64,000 nt of DNA from the human T2T-CHM13v2.0 reference genome, Homo sapiens. Below are positions 59,983-64,000 of the stretch, one piece after another (positions within the stretch are counted from its first letter, which is position 1; every line of letters starts with the position of its first letter). The position numbers were made by a program, and so were the translations under genes. The DNA is taken from the NCBI RefSeq assembly GCF_009914755.1, contig NC_060930.1. One strand, written 5' to 3'. The notes under the pieces are model-generated. The model was not told the origin of the DNA. It searched no databases and saw only the letters and a program-made list of their open reading frames with translations.

Positions 59983-62900
59983 GTCAAAGGTGGGAAAAAA
60001 TGAAATCTCAAGGCACATGGTCAAAATGGGCTCTGTAGCTGTACTAGCCAGGGTCCTGTTCCCAGCTTTGACATTTATCAACTGGATGCCCTTTGGAATT
60101 GTCTCAGATTTTCTATACTTTGGTTTAGTCATCAAGAATACAAGGAAAATAGTATTTAATTCACAGGTTCTTAGGAGAATTGAATGAGTACTTTGCAAGT
60201 AAGGTACCCAGAGTGGTGCCTAGTATTTCAACCTTACCATCAGTTTTTATAGTTACTTGCTGGACTGTGTCAGAATTTGACTTCTCTGAGTGCACTTGGG
60301 TTAACTGATGGCCATCACTCTGGAAATGGAGGGATCCCAGCTTTGAAGCAATAAAGTACATTTTTACAGTAATTGAATTATCTGACTCAAAGGAAGGTCC
60401 ACAGCAGCAAGGATGTCAGGGATTGCTTTGCGTGTGTGCAGGGTCATCATAAATCCCTCTGAACTTCGCCTTTAGTAAACATAAACCCCATGGTATTTTC
60501 ATCGCTTCCCTTCCAAGCCGGAATGGTCCTGATTATTTAGAAATTCTCAGAATCCTTGTGTCCTTGCCACAGATGAGGAGCTGTTGTTGTCATTAGAGCA
60601 TGACATGTTTCCATCACACCTTGTGCTGTGGCTGCTGGGGCCAGTGATGCCTGAGCTGCAGCTGTGTGGGCACCAGCTTCCGTGGGAAGGCTTGGCCATG
60701 GTGGGACGCCCCCTCCGCACTTCCTTGAATTCATTCAGTGAATTCATTCCCTGTCCTTCAGTTTACAGGGAACAATCATTAGAACGTGCTATTATGCCTC
60801 TGGAGAGGGCTGGCTGTTGTCTCCCTATTCTTTCAGTTATATACTTACGGACTCCAAATATCATTTATTTATGCCAACAGCTGTCTCCTTATCAACAGCA
60901 GGCTTAGTTGAAACTGCTCACACCTATACTTTCCAGCATTCTTGGCAACAATCTAATCTTAGGCACAGTTGAACTCTGCGCTGTTTCTCTGGCATCAATA
61001 TTTATGGGATTATGTTTCTTTCTCTATAAACAGAATTCCCAGTAGAGCTGTCTCTTTCCTGTCCGTCTTGGCCTCACATGCGCCCATGCGCACACACACA
61101 TTGATGAAAAGAGCAGGTCTCCACATAGGATCTAAAAGAAATCATGACTCAAAAAGAATTAGGCAGGTGACCTGTAAAACCTTGGTTTTGCTTTATCTCT
61201 CATTTTATCAGTTTTTGATAACATTTTCATTGGCATCTATCTTTTCTAGGAAGTGTTGGGCCACTTGCCTTTGAGAAAAGCTCCTGTGTGTTTCTGTAAC
61301 TGAACAGAGACAGAGGAGAAGACAGCTGAGAAAATAGGTGGGAGGACAGAAAAGATAGCCACTTCCATCTTTGGAAAAATGGTTGGAGGTTTGGTAAGTT
61401 ATATGAGCGAGACAAACTTCCTCTGGAAGGACAGTAATTTAAAGTCATTTAAAATCTCAGGGAAGGTCTATATATATGTGTGCACAGTAAAATTGTAAAC
61501 ACGTTTTATATTTTCACATGTTTTAGCACATTCATGTTTATAAACACAGCAGGAAGAGGTCTGGATGAATTACACTGTAACCTCATGTTTGTACCTCTTC
61601 CGTGAGGATTTGTGAAAGTTAAAACTCTGTGGGCTCGGTTTCCTCCTTTATACAGTAAGAGGAAAAATAAAGTGAGCTCAGATCTATTCACATTCAGGTT
61701 TCATTATTACATGCCCATTCCCCACATTCTATTTGTAGATTACTTATTTAATTGTTCTTTTATCAATGTCTGGCAGTCACCAAACCTAAGCCTGGAAAGA
61801 TTACCGATTTCTACTCATCTTTATTCTTGTTTTCTCCTCAAACTGGTTATTAAATTCTTTAACATCTTTTGAGATGAGCTAAGAACCTACTAAGAATTTA
61901 ATTATTGGGTTCAGAACAGAGGTATAATTTTTAAGAATTCTGGACTTGTAAGTCTGGAAGCAACAAAAAGAATTACTTGGCTCAGTCACTCCTCCCCCAG
62001 GACACTTCACCAATCTGTGCTAAACTTGCATTTGTTCAACTACCGTATACTGACAGCCTCCAATTTCCCAGGCATTGTGCCATGCACTGGCTGTTAACAA
62101 TATGCTCATGCAGGATTATCACACATAGTAGCTCCACACCTCAAGAGAAACTCCAAAAGCCACAATCCAGACCCACTTTTGGGAACTTCTGGTTACCGAG
62201 AATCTCTGTTCCAGGATCCCTATTTTAACTCTCCTATGTTTCATTGACTGGTTGTGCCTTCAGAGTCCAGTTTGTGACCCTACCTCCAAATCTGATCCTT
62301 TTCCATCCCAGAATTGAGATATGTGCTTATAAGTTTGTGTTTCCTTTGCCACTCATTAGAACTTCATTCAGCTCAAGAGTATTTCTCCTGCTGCTGGTGC
62401 CTTCAGCCTAGCACAGCTGTCTGCTCCTTCCTAACGAGGATTCTGTTTTTCTATTTAGTCTGCGCTTTGCATCTGAGAAGAGCTTCACTCAGGATGATTT
62501 GTTGTTTTTAGCTCATTGCTCAGTATGCCTTCTGGCATTCTAGTAGGATTCATTTCCCACAGAAGACCAGTCCAGCTCGTTTCCACTGTAAAAGGCTTAG
62601 CTGCAAGCCTCATGGGTTGGCTCTATTCCAAACCCTTGTAACTGAAGACCCAGCCGCTTGTGGTTCGGTATAGCAGGAGTGACCATGAAGCCCTTAAAAG
62701 ATGATTAATGGCATTCCGCAAAAGATGCCAAGCTCTTTCTTCTAGCCAAGATTTCAGCTTAGTAACAGGACCCAGTCTTCCTGTAATTCCTAGGTAGGGC
62801 TTATTTCTCATCTCCTCTACTTGACTTCATTTAAAGTAGGTAAAGTCCAGATAATTTGAGCTTCTTGAATTGTTTGCTTTTAAAAATAAAAAAGTACCTG

Positions 62901-63294
62901 AACAGAACTCCAGAGAGGTGATAGCTACCTAATTAAAAGAAATAAAATAATTCCTTCTAATTTACAAAGTGTTTTTAATAAGTTTTGATTTGATTATTTT
63001 GGCAATTGTGTAAGTTAAGTGGAATTTATTTTCATTTCACAATTGCAGAAAATGAAAAGGTAACATTTAAATTCTAAATACAACGAATTTTTTAACTATT
63101 TCCCTAAATTTCTCAGCCCAAAGAATCAAGTATTTCCCTTAGATCATGAGCCGGTTAGTTTTTGTTGCTTGGGGCATGATTTTAATAAAATCATGATTGT
63201 TAATTTGATCTCCACCTGAGTTCCTTACAAACAATTCTTTTCTCAGAAAAAGGAAGAACGTACATTTCAAACCTATCTTCCTGTTCCTGCATTA

Positions 63295-63890
63295 ATTTGC
63301 ATGTTCTCACTTACAGTGGCAGCTAAGCACTGGGTACACATGAACGTAAAGATGGAAACAATCAACACTGGGGACTCCTAGAGCAGAGAGAGAGGGAGAG
63401 GGGGAGAGGGCTGAAGCGCTACCTATTGGGCTGGGCGCGATGGCTCAAGCCTGTAATCCCAGCAATTTGGGAAGCGGAGGCTGGTGCATTGCTTGAGCTC
63501 AGGAGTTCGAGACCAGCCTGGGCAACATGGTGAAACCCCATCTCTACTAAAAATACAAAAATTAGCTGGGCATGGTGGTACGCACCTGTGGTCCCAGCTA
63601 CTTGGGAGCTGAGGTGGGAAAGTCACCTGAGCCCTGGAGGCGGAGGTTGCAGTGAGCCAAGATCGCGCCACTGCACTCCAGCCTGGGAGAGAGAGGGAGA
63701 CCCTGTCTCAAAAACAGAACAAAACAAAACAAAACAAACAAACAAAAAACAGCTACTTATTGGGTACTATGCTCACTCACTACCTGGTGACGGGATCATT
63801 TGTACCCCAAACCTCAACATTACACAATATACCCATATAACAAAACTGCACACGTACCCCCTGATGCTAAAATAAAAGTTGAAATTACAC
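63295..63890 (+). mobile_element. L1 3' UTR fragment interrupted by an Alu (63429-63750, + strand)
   Basis: gcatgttctcactt...; TSD gctac(c/t)tattgg around the Alu; resumes tgggtactatgctcac...ctaaaataaaagttg. Confidence 0.88.
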
Positions 63891-64000
63891 AAGAAAAAAC
63901 AAGCTATCTTCCTGACAAATATGATTGTCCTCAGTGTCGAAGGAGAGTCAGGAGTCCAAGGATGGAAACACAAATGATCAGGCCTGCTGGAAAACCCCTG

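Overview
Human (primate) genomic DNA, rich in Alu, L1, L2, MIR, LTR and MER repeats. The right 60% of the window holds ADGRF1 (GPR110), an adhesion GPCR, on the minus strand. I reconstructed 14 coding exons by hand (ATG 56535 to TAA 27701), all with GT-AG borders. They total 2733 nt and encode 910 aa: signal peptide, Cys-rich region, SEA domain, GAIN domain with HL|TSF GPS site at L566/T567, and 7TM. A non-coding first exon probably lies beyond the right edge. The left ~25 kb appears intergenic (from memory, the interval toward the paralogue ADGRF5). Most notable observations: (1) Intron 7 falls almost exactly at the candidate SEA autoproteolysis motif (R204-N-G|S207). It carries an Alu-derived terminal exon (218-aa secreted product) and a candidate internal start exon (MDISIQR, 713-aa product), so the gene can be split at RNA level into pieces that mirror the SEA cleavage fragments. 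(2) A large, unexplained ~80%-identical fold-back palindrome centred near 12500, whose left arm was later split by an AluY. (3) A TSD-flanked L1PA that appears to keep the first ~18 nt of the L1 5' UTR fused directly to mid-ORF2. No prokaryotic features, CRISPR arrays, tRNA or rRNA genes were seen. Repeat subfamily names come from remembered consensus sequences, and repeat boundaries are approximate.
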